Of a stretch of 64,000 bases of DNA, positions 20,511-30,165 are shown one piece after another. Source of the stretch: a virus (taxonomy: Duplodnaviria; Caudoviricetes); IMG/VR virus record IMGVR_UViG_3300031760_000005, positions 64,001 to 128,000 of that record; one strand, 5' to 3'. Numbering within the stretch: position 1 is the stretch's first letter; every line of letters begins with the position of its first letter. Position numbers and translations under genes: made by a program. Below the pieces are notes generated by a model. It ran no database searches and was not told the origin of the DNA. It saw only the letters and a program-made list of their open reading frames with translations.

Positions 20511-20853
20511 TAATAATATGATTAGGAATATGTAATGCCCAATTCAAATATTTTACAAATGCCTCAAAATCATAATCAAAAATTTTAATACATGAATTGT
20601 CATAACGACTTAATTCATCTTTGGTAAGTGTATTGATATGAAAATAAATATTTCCTACGTATGAAGCGCTAATACCAAACATAATATATTCTTCAGATTC
20701 ATCCCAAAAATTAGGAAACTCATCCAATTTGTTTTGATAATTATCATGAATCCATTGACATACTTCTGGGGTATTCCTAATCACTGGGCATTTAGGAAGA
20801 TACTTACCCTTGGTATATTTATTCTTATACAAATTAAAAGGAGGTTTTGTCAT
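20488..20853 (-). CDS. hypothetical protein
   Basis: Likely start MTKPPF at 20853. Confidence 0.65.
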   Translation of the reverse strand: MTKPPFNLYKNKYTKGKYLPKCPVIRNTPEVCQWIHDNYQNKLDEFPNFWDESEEYIMFGISASYVGNIYFHINTLTKDELSRYDNSCIKIFDYDFEAFVKYLNWALHIPNHIINGKFDKN

Positions 20854-20913
20854 AATATTTATTTTACATTTCAAATATAAGATAGAAATAATATTTAAAA
20901 AATTTAATATTGT

Positions 20914-21213
20914 TTATTTATTTTTATATTTATATTGTTCATCCTTTTCAATAGGACCTCTCCATCTTGTTGATTTAGAAAAATCTACATAACTTGGACT
21001 ACCATCAGATCTAAAATTATAAATATTGGAAACATCTTTAATATCATTTACTTTAAACTCATCTTCTTTAGATATTAAAGTTTCTTTTTCATTAATATGT
21101 TCATGACGGCGGAATTTACGATTGGCCAAACGCTTATCCTTTTTATTAGAATTTCCACACCATTTAATTTTTACACCATTTTTATTATGGCGATTTCTTA
21201 TAGATCTGCTCAT
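20914..21213 (-). CDS. small basic protein (MSRS...KRLANRKFRR type)
   Basis: Highly basic N-terminus; ATGA overlap. Confidence 0.7.
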   Translation of the reverse strand: MSRSIRNRHNKNGVKIKWCGNSNKKDKRLANRKFRRHEHINEKETLISKEDEFKVNDIKDVSNIYNFRSDGSPSYVDFSKSTRWRGPIEKDEQYKYKNK

Positions 21214-21461
21214 TTTGTTAATCGTTTTATTTCATAATAGAAATTTCCATATCTACCAAGCTTATCCCAAGCGGCAAGGTATTCAATATACTCACAAAGC
21301 TTTCCAATAATAATTGATGGAATTTCTACAATATATTCATTCTGATTATGATTATTCAATTCATTAATAAGCTGCTTAGAATATGAAAACTTCATATCAT
21401 CCTTTTCAATCAACCAAGCAACTATATTTCTCAGAACTTTTACAGGAACTTTTATGTTCAT
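21210..21461 (-). CDS. hypothetical protein
   Basis: 83 aa ORF in operon. Confidence 0.7.
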   Translation of the reverse strand: MNIKVPVKVLRNIVAWLIEKDDMKFSYSKQLINELNNHNQNEYIVEIPSIIIGKLCEYIEYLAAWDKLGRYGNFYYEIKRLTK

Positions 21462-21472
21462 AATATTTCAAC

Positions 21473-21766
21473 TTAAATAACTTCAAAAAGGTTATTTACC
21501 AGATTCTTAACATTACGATGATTGTTGAGAATATCATAATTCTCCAAAATATTTTTAATGCACTTGGCTGTATACTTACGATTACCATCCAAAGAATAAC
21601 CTGTGATATATTCGGAAAGAGGATTCATTTCAATTCCCATTTCCTCCCAAGAATAAAACAAATCCTTAGTGGCTTTCTTAATTTTCTTGAGAATCTTACC
21701 AAAATCATCATTGGCACGTTCTTCCCAAAGCTTCATTTCTTCATCAAGTGTCATTTTGTTATTCAT
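21473..21766 (-). CDS. hypothetical protein
   Basis: 97 aa; first gene behind class-I motif. Confidence 0.7.
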   Translation of the reverse strand: MNNKMTLDEEMKLWEERANDDFGKILKKIKKATKDLFYSWEEMGIEMNPLSEYITGYSLDGNRKYTAKCIKNILENYDILNNHRNVKNLVNNLFEVI

Positions 21767-21789
21767 ATTTTTTTATTTTTATATATATG

Positions 21790-21818
21790 AATATAGTATA
21801 ATACATATAAAAATTCAA
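21790..21818 (-). promoter_or_regulatory. putative class-I promoter TTGAA-N17-CTATATT
   Basis: Recurrent motif in a divergent intergenic region. Confidence 0.6.
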
Positions 21819-21835
21819 ATAATATTAAAAAATTT

Positions 21836-23461
21836 ATGAAAAATATATCTCAATGTATATTTGAAGCTTCTGGTAAGCCTTCAGATCTTAAGAAATATAA
21901 AAGAACAGAACGTAAAGAGACTGTTCATTTTAGGGGCAGTGATATGTATGACTTAAAAGATCCAGGATATGATGATGAGTTTTCATATTTTGACGGTTCA
22001 GGTAATGGTTATATAAAAGATAAACAAGGTCACGTATATGATGTTGTTGCAACTGATAGAGCAGGAGATGCTGGTTACATTGCTGGCGGTGCGCATGACT
22101 ATTATGTAACTATTAAGAAAGCTAATGGTACAGATGATTTCCATGTTCATGGTTGGATTGCTATTATGTCAAAGGGTAGTAATACAGGATGTATAGAAGA
22201 TATTAAAGCAGGTCACTATCTTGAAGATTATATTGCTAAATATTGGAATGACTGGGATGATAAAGATGGTAAGTTCAAAGAATTAGCAGAAAAAGGAGAC
22301 AAGAATGCTAAAGCTTATGATGATCAAAAAGCAGAAAAAATCCAAAATAAAAAAGTAGAATTTGATACAAGATACATCACTATTCCGGAAAGAATTTCAT
22401 GGGAAATTATTGATGGTAATTTTAACATTAATAATCTAAATCTTACAAGTGGTTCCATAAAAGAACTTGAAAATAAACGTTCTGAATGGCTCAGTAAAAA
22501 TCGTTTAAAATCTTGGGAAGCGGAAGATAATCCAGAATTTGCAAAAATGAAAGAAGAAATTTCTGCAAAGTCTAAAGAACTAAAAGAAACTATTATGGAT
22601 GTACTAAAACCAGTACTTATTGATAGATTACAGAAAGTATTTAAAACTAAAGATTTGAAATCACTTTCAGGTTTAACAGGTTCATTTGTATATGAACATA
22701 AACTTGCTAAAGGAAAAACTTTTGGTTATATAAGACTTGCTATAGATACAAAGAAAAAAGAATTTGTTTTTAAAGATGAAGTTAACTACAAAATAGTTGA
22801 TAGTGATATTGAATTACAGCTTAATGATAATATAGCTGTCTTTAGAGATAGAGCTTCTGATAAAATGCTTGAGTTATTCAAGAAAGTTTCTGATGCATGG
22901 AAAAAGGCTAATGGAAGAAAACAAAGTGAATATGTAAAAGACCATTGGGAGAAGATTTATCATGATTCGGCTGGTGGTTATATTTATGGTAACCATTCAA
23001 AGACAAAAGGACAAGCTAAAGAAGAAGCTAAACAAGATTTTGAAAAAATAGTTAAGGATCATGATTTTAGTAATATTTCAAAAAATAGATTTGATTATTC
23101 ATTAGCATTAGTACAAGTTTATGTTGAAGGCGATATGGAACCTGATGCAGAACCAGTAGAAAAACCACTTGAAAATCCAGAACCAAAAGAAAAGAAGGAA
23201 CGTGGTAAAGATACAAAAATGAGTAAAGGTGCCAATGCTGCAGCTTATGATAAGATGAAAGCATGGCATGAAGGTACTCGTAAGCAAAATCTTTCAAATT
23301 GTTCTGACGCTAAACTTAAAATGAATTATAAAGTTTGTAAAGAACTTGGTTATGAAGCCGAAATGAAGCAAATTGAGGCAGAAGCTAAAAAACGTGATAT
23401 CGTTCTTGAAAGCATTTCATTGAATGATATTGTTTTAGCTGATAATGAAATTGATTTATAA
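21836..23461 (+). CDS. putative internal virion protein (capsid-targeting-like N-terminus)
   Basis: 541 aa; MKNISQCIFE|A; additional IVLE|S near the C-terminus. Confidence 0.7.
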   Translation: MKNISQCIFEASGKPSDLKKYKRTERKETVHFRGSDMYDLKDPGYDDEFSYFDGSGNGYIKDKQGHVYDVVATDRAGDAGYIAGGAHDYYVTIKKANGTDDFHVHGWIAIMSKGSNTGCIEDIKAGHYLEDYIAKYWNDWDDKDGKFKELAEKGDKNAKAYDDQKAEKIQNKKVEFDTRYITIPERISWEIIDGNFNINNLNLTSGSIKELENKRSEWLSKNRLKSWEAEDNPEFAKMKEEISAKSKELKETIMDVLKPVLIDRLQKVFKTKDLKSLSGLTGSFVYEHKLAKGKTFGYIRLAIDTKKKEFVFKDEVNYKIVDSDIELQLNDNIAVFRDRASDKMLELFKKVSDAWKKANGRKQSEYVKDHWEKIYHDSAGGYIYGNHSKTKGQAKEEAKQDFEKIVKDHDFSNISKNRFDYSLALVQVYVEGDMEPDAEPVEKPLENPEPKEKKERGKDTKMSKGANAAAYDKMKAWHEGTRKQNLSNCSDAKLKMNYKVCKELGYEAEMKQIEAEAKKRDIVLESISLNDIVLADNEIDL

Positions 23462-23486
23462 AAATATATTGTAAAATAATAAAAAT

Positions 23487-23870
23487 ATGAAAAATTTAAA
23501 AGATTTTTTAATAACTGAATCACAAAAGTGGTCAGCACAAGAGGTTTATGATTTTGTTGATGACATCATAAATGGAGATCATGGTGATATAGATGGTGCA
23601 GATGAATATTATGATGAAAAATCAGATGAACTAGATGAGTGGTTAAAAAATAATAAATCAAAAAAATTCATTTGTAAAACATCATCTCCTGATTATTGGG
23701 GATTTAGTTCATCAGAATGCGAAGAAGTTGATGACGATTATATTGATGAGATAGATGGACCTGAAGATAACTGTGGTTTATATATTGGTGATTCTGATAT
23801 TATGGGTCATGTTGTTCCTAATGGATATATGAACATGGATTATTTCGATTTTGCTTTTGAAGAAGAATAA
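23487..23870 (+). CDS. very acidic putative internal virion protein
   Basis: MKNLKDFLITE|S; D/E-rich body. Confidence 0.7.
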   Translation: MKNLKDFLITESQKWSAQEVYDFVDDIINGDHGDIDGADEYYDEKSDELDEWLKNNKSKKFICKTSSPDYWGFSSSECEEVDDDYIDEIDGPEDNCGLYIGDSDIMGHVVPNGYMNMDYFDFAFEEE

Positions 23871-23890
23871 TTATAATATAACTTAATAAC

Positions 23891-23919
23891 AAAGGGGAAG
23901 CTTTAAAACTTCCCCTTTT
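23891..23919. terminator. intrinsic terminator between convergent genes
   Basis: AAAGGGGAAG...CTTCCCCTTTT. Confidence 0.8.
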
Positions 23920-23980
23920 ATTTTATGTATTAATATTTCTCTAAAATTCATTTTATTCATAAAAATAATTTTGACATAAT

Positions 23981-24754
23981 TCAATGTTTAACATCTTGAC
24001 TGCCAAAACCGTTATCTCCACGATTTGATTCTGCCATTATTTTATTATATTCATTTTCATCTGTTTCATTATATGATGTATGGAATACAGGAATTAACAT
24101 CATTTGAGTTAATTTATCTCCACAATAAATAATATTTTGTGTAGAATGTTCAAGTGTTTCTTTTGTGAATGCTTGAGATAAATGTACAAATCCTGAATAA
24201 TCTTCATCTACTAAACATGCGCGAACATCCCATCCTTTATTACCCATACCTGATTTATTAACGTAAAGACCAGCAACGCCTATATTAAGAGCTCTAAAAA
24301 TATCAACTTCTTCATTTCCGTGTTCTTGTAAAACAGTATCTAATGCAATTTTAATACCTGAATTAATGAATAAAGTATCATTAACACGAACTTTTACGCC
24401 TACTTTATCATTATTTTTATCGTAAACTAAAAATTCATCTACAAATAAATAAACTCCTTGTATTTGTGAATATTGTTTTCTTTCTTCCAAAAATATATCA
24501 TAAAGAGCTAAAAACAAATGAATCATATTTGGTATTTGATATGTTGGAATTTCTGGATGTAATTCATTTATTACAATATTAAATTGTTCATTTAATGTTT
24601 TAATATCTTCAGATGTTTGTTTATAAGATTTTTCAAATGCTTTAAATGCCTTTTCAATTTTTTCTGGTGTATCTAAATTTGGAATATAATAATCTGATCC
24701 TGCTGATGTAAATGAATTTGATGGTTTTATACCGAATGAATTATATATTTTCAT
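23981..24754 (-). CDS. dut: trimeric dUTPase with large insertion
   Basis: SAGSD (motif I), NKSG (II), VDEDYSG (III), GDKLTQM (IV), RGDNGFGS (V). Confidence 0.85.
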   Translation of the reverse strand: MKIYNSFGIKPSNSFTSAGSDYYIPNLDTPEKIEKAFKAFEKSYKQTSEDIKTLNEQFNIVINELHPEIPTYQIPNMIHLFLALYDIFLEERKQYSQIQGVYLFVDEFLVYDKNNDKVGVKVRVNDTLFINSGIKIALDTVLQEHGNEEVDIFRALNIGVAGLYVNKSGMGNKGWDVRACLVDEDYSGFVHLSQAFTKETLEHSTQNIIYCGDKLTQMMLIPVFHTSYNETDENEYNKIMAESNRGDNGFGSQDVKH

Positions 24755-24779
24755 ATTTTAATTAAGATATATTTATATT

Positions 24780-24809
24780 AATATAGAAAAAAAAGAATCA
24801 GGAATTCAA
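24780..24809 (-). promoter_or_regulatory. putative class-I promoter overlapping a terminator hairpin
   Basis: TTGAA-N18-CTATATT; overlaps the AAAGAATCAGGAA/TTCCTGATTCTTT stem (24792-24823). Confidence 0.55.
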
Positions 24810-25759
24810 TTTCCTGATTCTTTATCATTTTCTAAATTATATGTTATTTTCTCCCAATCATTCGGATAAACATATTTTAGCATTTTTGTATTAAGAGCTG
24901 ACAATTCATTAAAACCAGGATCATCACTAGTTTTTCCTGACAATACTGCTTCAAAATCAATCATTGCTCTACTATACAATGAATTAACAATTATTGGATA
25001 ATTTTTGAAATTTTCACATAATTCAGCTAATGCTGTACATGTACCTAAACGTGTTTCAATATTATTTGAACGAATAATAGAATTTGCATTAGCTCTCCAA
25101 TTGACTTCTATTGATGGTTGTACAATAATTTTTGCAGCATTTTGAATCCAAAATGGGATTGTTCTAATATCTTCATATGTACGAGTTGTATCATAAGGAT
25201 ATGAATGAACTATATATGAAGTATATATTTTATTCCATACATTAAATCTAAGCAAACCATCTTTAAATAATGCAATTAACGCAACAGTAGCATTATCTAT
25301 TAATATTTGTCTTGGGGCTCCAGCTTTAATTTGTTTACCTGATGTTGCGTCATTAATATAAATACCATATTCAACAATATCTGCTTCATATGTTTTAATA
25401 TCATTATATGCTCTATTTATAAAATCTGTATTAACATAATAATCATCTGCATCTAAGAACATAAAATAATCTCCAGTAGCTTGGTCAATACCATATTTTC
25501 TAGCTCCGCCGCATCCTAAATTTTCATTAGGTTGAAATAATTTAACTTCAATACCATTTTTAAATGTATTAGGTGAATTAACAAATTCATTAACTATTTG
25601 CGCAGAATTATCTGTTGACATATCATCTACAATAATATATTCAACATCAATATCTTCTGAAATTATTTGTTGACTTATACTATTTAATGCTGTAGTAATA
25701 AACTTTTCACAATTATAATATGTTGTGATTATACTTACTTTATCTCGTTTTTCTGACAT
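24806..25759 (-). CDS. GT2 family glycosyltransferase
   Basis: VSIITTYYN, IIVDDMSTD, NLGCGGAR, FLDADD (DxD), VWNKIY, YED. Confidence 0.9.
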   Translation of the reverse strand: MSEKRDKVSIITTYYNCEKFITTALNSISQQIISEDIDVEYIIVDDMSTDNSAQIVNEFVNSPNTFKNGIEVKLFQPNENLGCGGARKYGIDQATGDYFMFLDADDYYVNTDFINRAYNDIKTYEADIVEYGIYINDATSGKQIKAGAPRQILIDNATVALIALFKDGLLRFNVWNKIYTSYIVHSYPYDTTRTYEDIRTIPFWIQNAAKIIVQPSIEVNWRANANSIIRSNNIETRLGTCTALAELCENFKNYPIIVNSLYSRAMIDFEAVLSGKTSDDPGFNELSALNTKMLKYVYPNDWEKITYNLENDKESGN

Positions 25760-25760
25760 A

Positions 25761-26360
25761 TTATTTAACTAATATAATTATACTCTTTTCCGAAAATCTT
25801 TCAATAACATAATAACTATATTTTGCTTTAGCTGTAGCTGGTATTGCTGTTCCAAATAGATTTTCATCTTTACCATTATAAGGCATACACATTTTACCTG
25901 GTGTGCATTTACCATTATCTATAACAATAGCTTTTCCACACAATGTAACTCTATTCCATTCAGGTCTACCTAAACGTTGTACATATTCTTTTGATGGATC
26001 ATATTTTTCATTTAGTAATGGTACATATTTATATGATTTAGCAGTCATAATAAATGGTCGTTCATTAACTTCATCGTATTGTTTAATACCAACTGCTAAA
26101 TTTTCATGTTTCATGTATGTATCACCAAATTCATTACATAAAAATTTGTTTGGCCATTCAGTATAATAATCTGATATTTCAACTGAATTAACTGTAGTTA
26201 CTCCTATAATATTATTTGAATTTGGTTTAAATAAACATATTTTTCCAGGATTATCATTATCAAACCCAACAAATCGACCAAGCTTATTTTCTTCAGGATT
26301 AGCAAACTCATAAAGTTCAGCGTATCCCATTTTTTTAAGTAAATTTCCTTGTTGTTGCAT
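25761..26360 (-). CDS. stand-alone Peptidase_G2/IMC-like chaperone domain protein
   Basis: YAELYEF...GRFVGF...IIGVT...W..KFL.NEFG...YDP...YV.R..RPEW..V.L.GK...DNG.C pattern. Confidence 0.7.
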   Translation of the reverse strand: MQQQGNLLKKMGYAELYEFANPEENKLGRFVGFDNDNPGKICLFKPNSNNIIGVTTVNSVEISDYYTEWPNKFLCNEFGDTYMKHENLAVGIKQYDEVNERPFIMTAKSYKYVPLLNEKYDPSKEYVQRLGRPEWNRVTLCGKAIVIDNGKCTPGKMCMPYNGKDENLFGTAIPATAKAKYSYYVIERFSEKSIIILVK

Positions 26361-26362
26361 AT

Positions 26363-26794
26363 TTAACGGTTATAAATTTTTAGATTTTGTCCAGCTGTCA
26401 TAATTTCTTGACGTGTCTTAATAAATTCTAATTTCATACCTGCAATGTACCAATTCATCATAGCAGAAAATATATAATTATTAATATTATCTGGAACACT
26501 ATTAAATATAATATCTGGATTATTCAAAGCATGTTCTTGTGCAACTTCATATGATATTTGCTTATTACATTTTGTATCACATGGATGTTGCTTAGCTATG
26601 CCACACACTAAAATACGATTGTTATGATGATCTTCATAAAGATTACCTATAATAGTTACTGATTGTTCAGTACCATATTTTTCGTAATCACGACCATTTA
26701 TTTTAACATATTTTGAAGACTCTCTATTTTTGTCAATTGTAGTATAACAAAATGAATTAACTAATTGTTTTGTTGTAAAATCAAATTTTTCCAT
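26363..26794 (-). CDS. hypothetical protein
   Basis: 143 aa ORF in operon. Confidence 0.75.
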   Translation of the reverse strand: MEKFDFTTKQLVNSFCYTTIDKNRESSKYVKINGRDYEKYGTEQSVTIIGNLYEDHHNNRILVCGIAKQHPCDTKCNKQISYEVAQEHALNNPDIIFNSVPDNINNYIFSAMMNWYIAGMKLEFIKTRQEIMTAGQNLKIYNR

Positions 26795-26812
26795 ATTTAC
26801 TTTATGTTTGAA

Positions 26813-27286
26813 TTAATTTTTAAATTTAATGTTTTTATAATATCTATCTTTACATTCTTTTATAATCTCTTTAGGGATATATGGTTGATTTATATCGCAA
26901 TAATCACAAGAGTCCGCATTATTAAAAAGCTTTGTAAGTGATATTTCTTTTAATTCAACAACTTCGTTATCAAAGTATATGCAGAAAAGCTTTGATAAAC
27001 CTTTACTATAACACTCTAATTCTTCTTCAACTACTTTATAACCAAGTGATTCTAATAATTTAATATCTTCATAATCAAATTTACAAATATTAAATAAAAA
27101 ATATTTAAAAGCGTTGAATGAAATAAATGCAAACATGGCATCATTATAATATGCTACTGCATGTGTATATGGACGTATTGTCTTTGTACCATGATTAAGT
27201 TTAGTCAATATTGCATTATGATTAAAATTATCTACACCAAAAATAATTTCATCATTTGTTGTATTTATTAATCTATAAGCTTTCAT
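26813..27286 (-). CDS. hypothetical protein
   Basis: 157 aa ORF in operon. Confidence 0.7.
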   Translation of the reverse strand: MKAYRLINTTNDEIIFGVDNFNHNAILTKLNHGTKTIRPYTHAVAYYNDAMFAFISFNAFKYFLFNICKFDYEDIKLLESLGYKVVEEELECYSKGLSKLFCIYFDNEVVELKEISLTKLFNNADSCDYCDINQPYIPKEIIKECKDRYYKNIKFKN

Positions 27287-27318
27287 AATTATTTTAAAAT
27301 AACTTGTTAAATTTCTTA

Positions 27319-27675
27319 TTATTTATTTATCGGTATGCATTGTTTCCAAAATTTTAAAAAATCTTCTTGTTCTTTAATTGTTAAATTTTCTGTTTGATAT
27401 ATATCGTTTATGGAATGAATTTTTAATTTATCATTATTTTTCGTATTAAATAAATAATAGAAAGCAACACCATTTTTATATTCTGAATCTAATAAAATTT
27501 TATCAAAAGTTGCTTCTAAATATGGTTCTTCTTCTAAACTATTTAATTTATTTCTAATAATAAATTTATCGCCATGTTGTGGATCTGGACGATTATGAAA
27601 ATCTTCCCAAACACTACAAATAAATGGATTAAAACATTGTACGAATTTATAGAATTCTTTAAATTGCTTATTCAT
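27319..27675 (-). CDS. hypothetical protein
   Basis: 118 aa; behind class-I motif. Confidence 0.7.
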   Translation of the reverse strand: MNKQFKEFYKFVQCFNPFICSVWEDFHNRPDPQHGDKFIIRNKLNSLEEEPYLEATFDKILLDSEYKNGVAFYYLFNTKNNDKLKIHSINDIYQTENLTIKEQEDFLKFWKQCIPINK

Positions 27676-27704
27676 AATTTATTTAATTAAAGATATCTTA
27701 ATTC

Positions 27705-27734
27705 AAAATAGATATTTATTATATACATATTCAA
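27705..27734 (-). promoter_or_regulatory. putative class-I promoter TTGAA-N18-CTATTTT
   Basis: Variant of the recurrent motif. Confidence 0.5.
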
Positions 27735-27735
27735 A

Positions 27736-28704
27736 TTATATTATTAATTCATTTTTAAAATAAGATATTGTTTCTTTTAATCCATAATCTAATGTTATAT
27801 TAGGTTGCCATCCAGTTTTATTTTTTAATTTATTAATATTTGCTTTACGTTGCATTGGATCATCTATAGGTAAATCTTCAAATATAAGTTTAGACTTTGA
27901 ATTAGTATATTTAATTACCATTTTTGCTAATTCTAATATTGTGAATTCAAAATCAGTCCCAATATTAACCGGTCCTGTAAATTCATCTTCAGTATTCATC
28001 ATCGCTTCTATACCATTTAATAAATCATCTATATATTGAAATGATCTAGTTTGAGAACCATCCCCATAAATAGTTATTGGTTTATTTTGTATTGCTTGAC
28101 AAATAAAATTAGAAATAACACGACCATCATTAGGATCCATATAAGGTCCATATGTATTGAATATTCTAATTAATTTTACTTTGCATCCACATTTTGAATA
28201 TTCATATATAATAGTTTCTGCAATACGTTTACCTTCATCATAACAAGCACGTGGGCCAAAAGTATTAACATTACCTTTATATTCTTCAGTTTGTGGATGT
28301 ACTAAAGGATCTCCATAAACTTCAGAAGTTGATGCATGTAATAATTTTGCATTATATTTAATAGTTAAATCACATATATATTCAATAGCTAAAGAACAAT
28401 GAACAGTATATAAAGGATTGATTTGATATTTTGGTGGAGAAGCCGGACAAGCTAAATTATAAATTTCATCAACATAGTCATTTAAAAAATTTTTAATAAT
28501 ATTATTTAATTCATCCCAAATGTTTACAGTAACATCACCATAAAAAAAATAATAATTAGAAAATCCTAAAAATTGATCTACGTTTTGTTTTTTACTTGTA
28601 TAAAAATTATCAATACATAATATCTTATGTCCTTGATTTAATAATTTTTTAGTTAAATTTGTTCCAATAAAACCAGCACCTCCAAATATAATAATATTTT
28701 TCAT
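27736..28704 (-). CDS. UDP-glucuronate decarboxylase (UDP-xylose synthase), extended SDR
   Basis: GGAGFIG, YNLACPASP, ASTSEVYGDP, GPRACYDEGKR, RIFNTYGP, DGRVISNF, GDGSQTRSFQY; likely start MKNII at 28704. Confidence 0.92.
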   Translation of the reverse strand: MKNIIIFGGAGFIGTNLTKKLLNQGHKILCIDNFYTSKKQNVDQFLGFSNYYFFYGDVTVNIWDELNNIIKNFLNDYVDEIYNLACPASPPKYQINPLYTVHCSLAIEYICDLTIKYNAKLLHASTSEVYGDPLVHPQTEEYKGNVNTFGPRACYDEGKRIAETIIYEYSKCGCKVKLIRIFNTYGPYMDPNDGRVISNFICQAIQNKPITIYGDGSQTRSFQYIDDLLNGIEAMMNTEDEFTGPVNIGTDFEFTILELAKMVIKYTNSKSKLIFEDLPIDDPMQRKANINKLKNKTGWQPNITLDYGLKETISYFKNELII

Positions 28705-28738
28705 TAAATACAATTATATATTTATATTAAAATAGAAA

Positions 28739-28764
28739 AAAGGTAGGAAATAATTCCTACCTTT
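28739..28764 (-). terminator. intrinsic terminator
   Basis: AAAGGTAGGAA/TTCCTACCTTT stem with T-run on the minus strand. Confidence 0.75.
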
Positions 28765-28795
28765 ATATAAATAAATTTAAATTAATAAATTATTC

Positions 28796-29017
28796 TTATT
28801 CAGCATTATTTTTTGGTTTTTGTTGAATACTTGATTTTTTTTCTTTTTTAACTGTGCATTTATTATCTTCACATTCGGCATTCAACTTTTCTTTAATTTT
28901 ATTAGCTTCATCTTCAGATTCAAAGAAATTATACATAGTACCATCATTAAAATATACAGTATAAACATCATCATCTGAAGATTGTTCTTCTAAAATAAAT
29001 TCTTTTAAAGTCTTCAT
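28796..29017 (-). CDS. putative internal virion protein
   Basis: MKTLKEFILE|E, the closest match in the window to T4 IP capsid-targeting peptides. Confidence 0.75.
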   Translation of the reverse strand: MKTLKEFILEEQSSDDDVYTVYFNDGTMYNFFESEDEANKIKEKLNAECEDNKCTVKKEKKSSIQQKPKNNAE

Positions 29018-29036
29018 GATATTTCTATATATTTAT

Positions 29037-30113
29037 TTATAACAAATCAGAATCATCTCCTCTATCATCATCAGACTCAGAATCATCGGAATCATCTTTT
29101 GTAGATTTATCATTTTCTGATTTATCATTTTCTGATTTATCTTTATTTTCGTCTTTATCTTTATTTTCTTTATCTTCGTCGTCCTTCTTTTCTTCGCGTG
29201 ATTTTTTCTCACCAGTTAATTTAAATACTGCTGGATCATCTGTTTTATCTGCTTCTAACATATCAAGTACAGATTCAATAAGTTTTTTAACCTCATCTGG
29301 AAGTTTTACGAGAGAGTCTTTAGCAAAGTCTTGCACCCATATTTTTTTATCATCACCAGCAAATATATGCATAAGAGAACGTATATTTTCAGAAGATTGT
29401 CCTGTAGGAAGTTTTTTAGTATATTTCCAACGAAGAGCAATGGCTTCTTCTCCATTTTTAAATTTAATAGCAGCAAAATAATATTCACGAGGAAGTTCTA
29501 TTTGTTGAGATACAAGAAGTTCAAGTTGTTTAGCTGCTTTAACTTTATCTTTCATATTAATAAGTTCCATAACCTTTTCAAGAGTAACATCTTTCATTTC
29601 TTCTTCAGCGTCATCTTCTTTAATTATAGAACTTACCTCAAATTCGTCATAAAGTGATTCTTTTGTTTCAACTGGAATAGCCCATTCTCCATAACCCGTA
29701 GAAACTGATACTGCATTAGGTTCTTGTTGTACTGGAGCTATAGCAGTTTTAATATCTTCAGGAGAGAAATAAACAACATAATACATACCAAGATTAATCT
29801 TAGTAATTTTTGTTAATCCTTGTTCAATTATATATGAAGCTAAAGTTTTTCCATCATTAAACAAAGGTTCATTTAATACATTATTTATTGATTCTTCATT
29901 TACAAATTTTGAACTATGAAGTTTAATTGATACACCATCTTCACCTAATCCAACAACTACGCCAAGATGTACAGCAAATAAGTTTTTAACATTTGTAATT
30001 ATATTTTGAATAGGTGTATAATGATTAGTTACGCCTGTTCCAATAACACCATTACCTGGATTAGTATCTGATGTTTTACAATGTTCAACCAATAATTGAG
30101 TTAGTTTTTTCAT
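29037..30113 (-). CDS. putative internal/prohead core protein with acidic low-complexity tail
   Basis: MKKLTQLLVE|H; internal IIKE|D; D/E/K-rich C-terminus with DKSEN repeat. Confidence 0.65.
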   Translation of the reverse strand: MKKLTQLLVEHCKTSDTNPGNGVIGTGVTNHYTPIQNIITNVKNLFAVHLGVVVGLGEDGVSIKLHSSKFVNEESINNVLNEPLFNDGKTLASYIIEQGLTKITKINLGMYYVVYFSPEDIKTAIAPVQQEPNAVSVSTGYGEWAIPVETKESLYDEFEVSSIIKEDDAEEEMKDVTLEKVMELINMKDKVKAAKQLELLVSQQIELPREYYFAAIKFKNGEEAIALRWKYTKKLPTGQSSENIRSLMHIFAGDDKKIWVQDFAKDSLVKLPDEVKKLIESVLDMLEADKTDDPAVFKLTGEKKSREEKKDDEDKENKDKDENKDKSENDKSENDKSTKDDSDDSESDDDRGDDSDLL

Positions 30114-30144
30114 ATTTTATACTATTATATAATTTATGTTTATG

Positions 30145-30157
30145 TAATTAAAAATAA
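30145..30157 (-). promoter_or_regulatory. putative class-II promoter TTATTTTTAATTA
   Basis: Recurrent motif upstream of capsid-tagged genes. Confidence 0.5.
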
Positions 30158-30165
30158 CTATAAAT

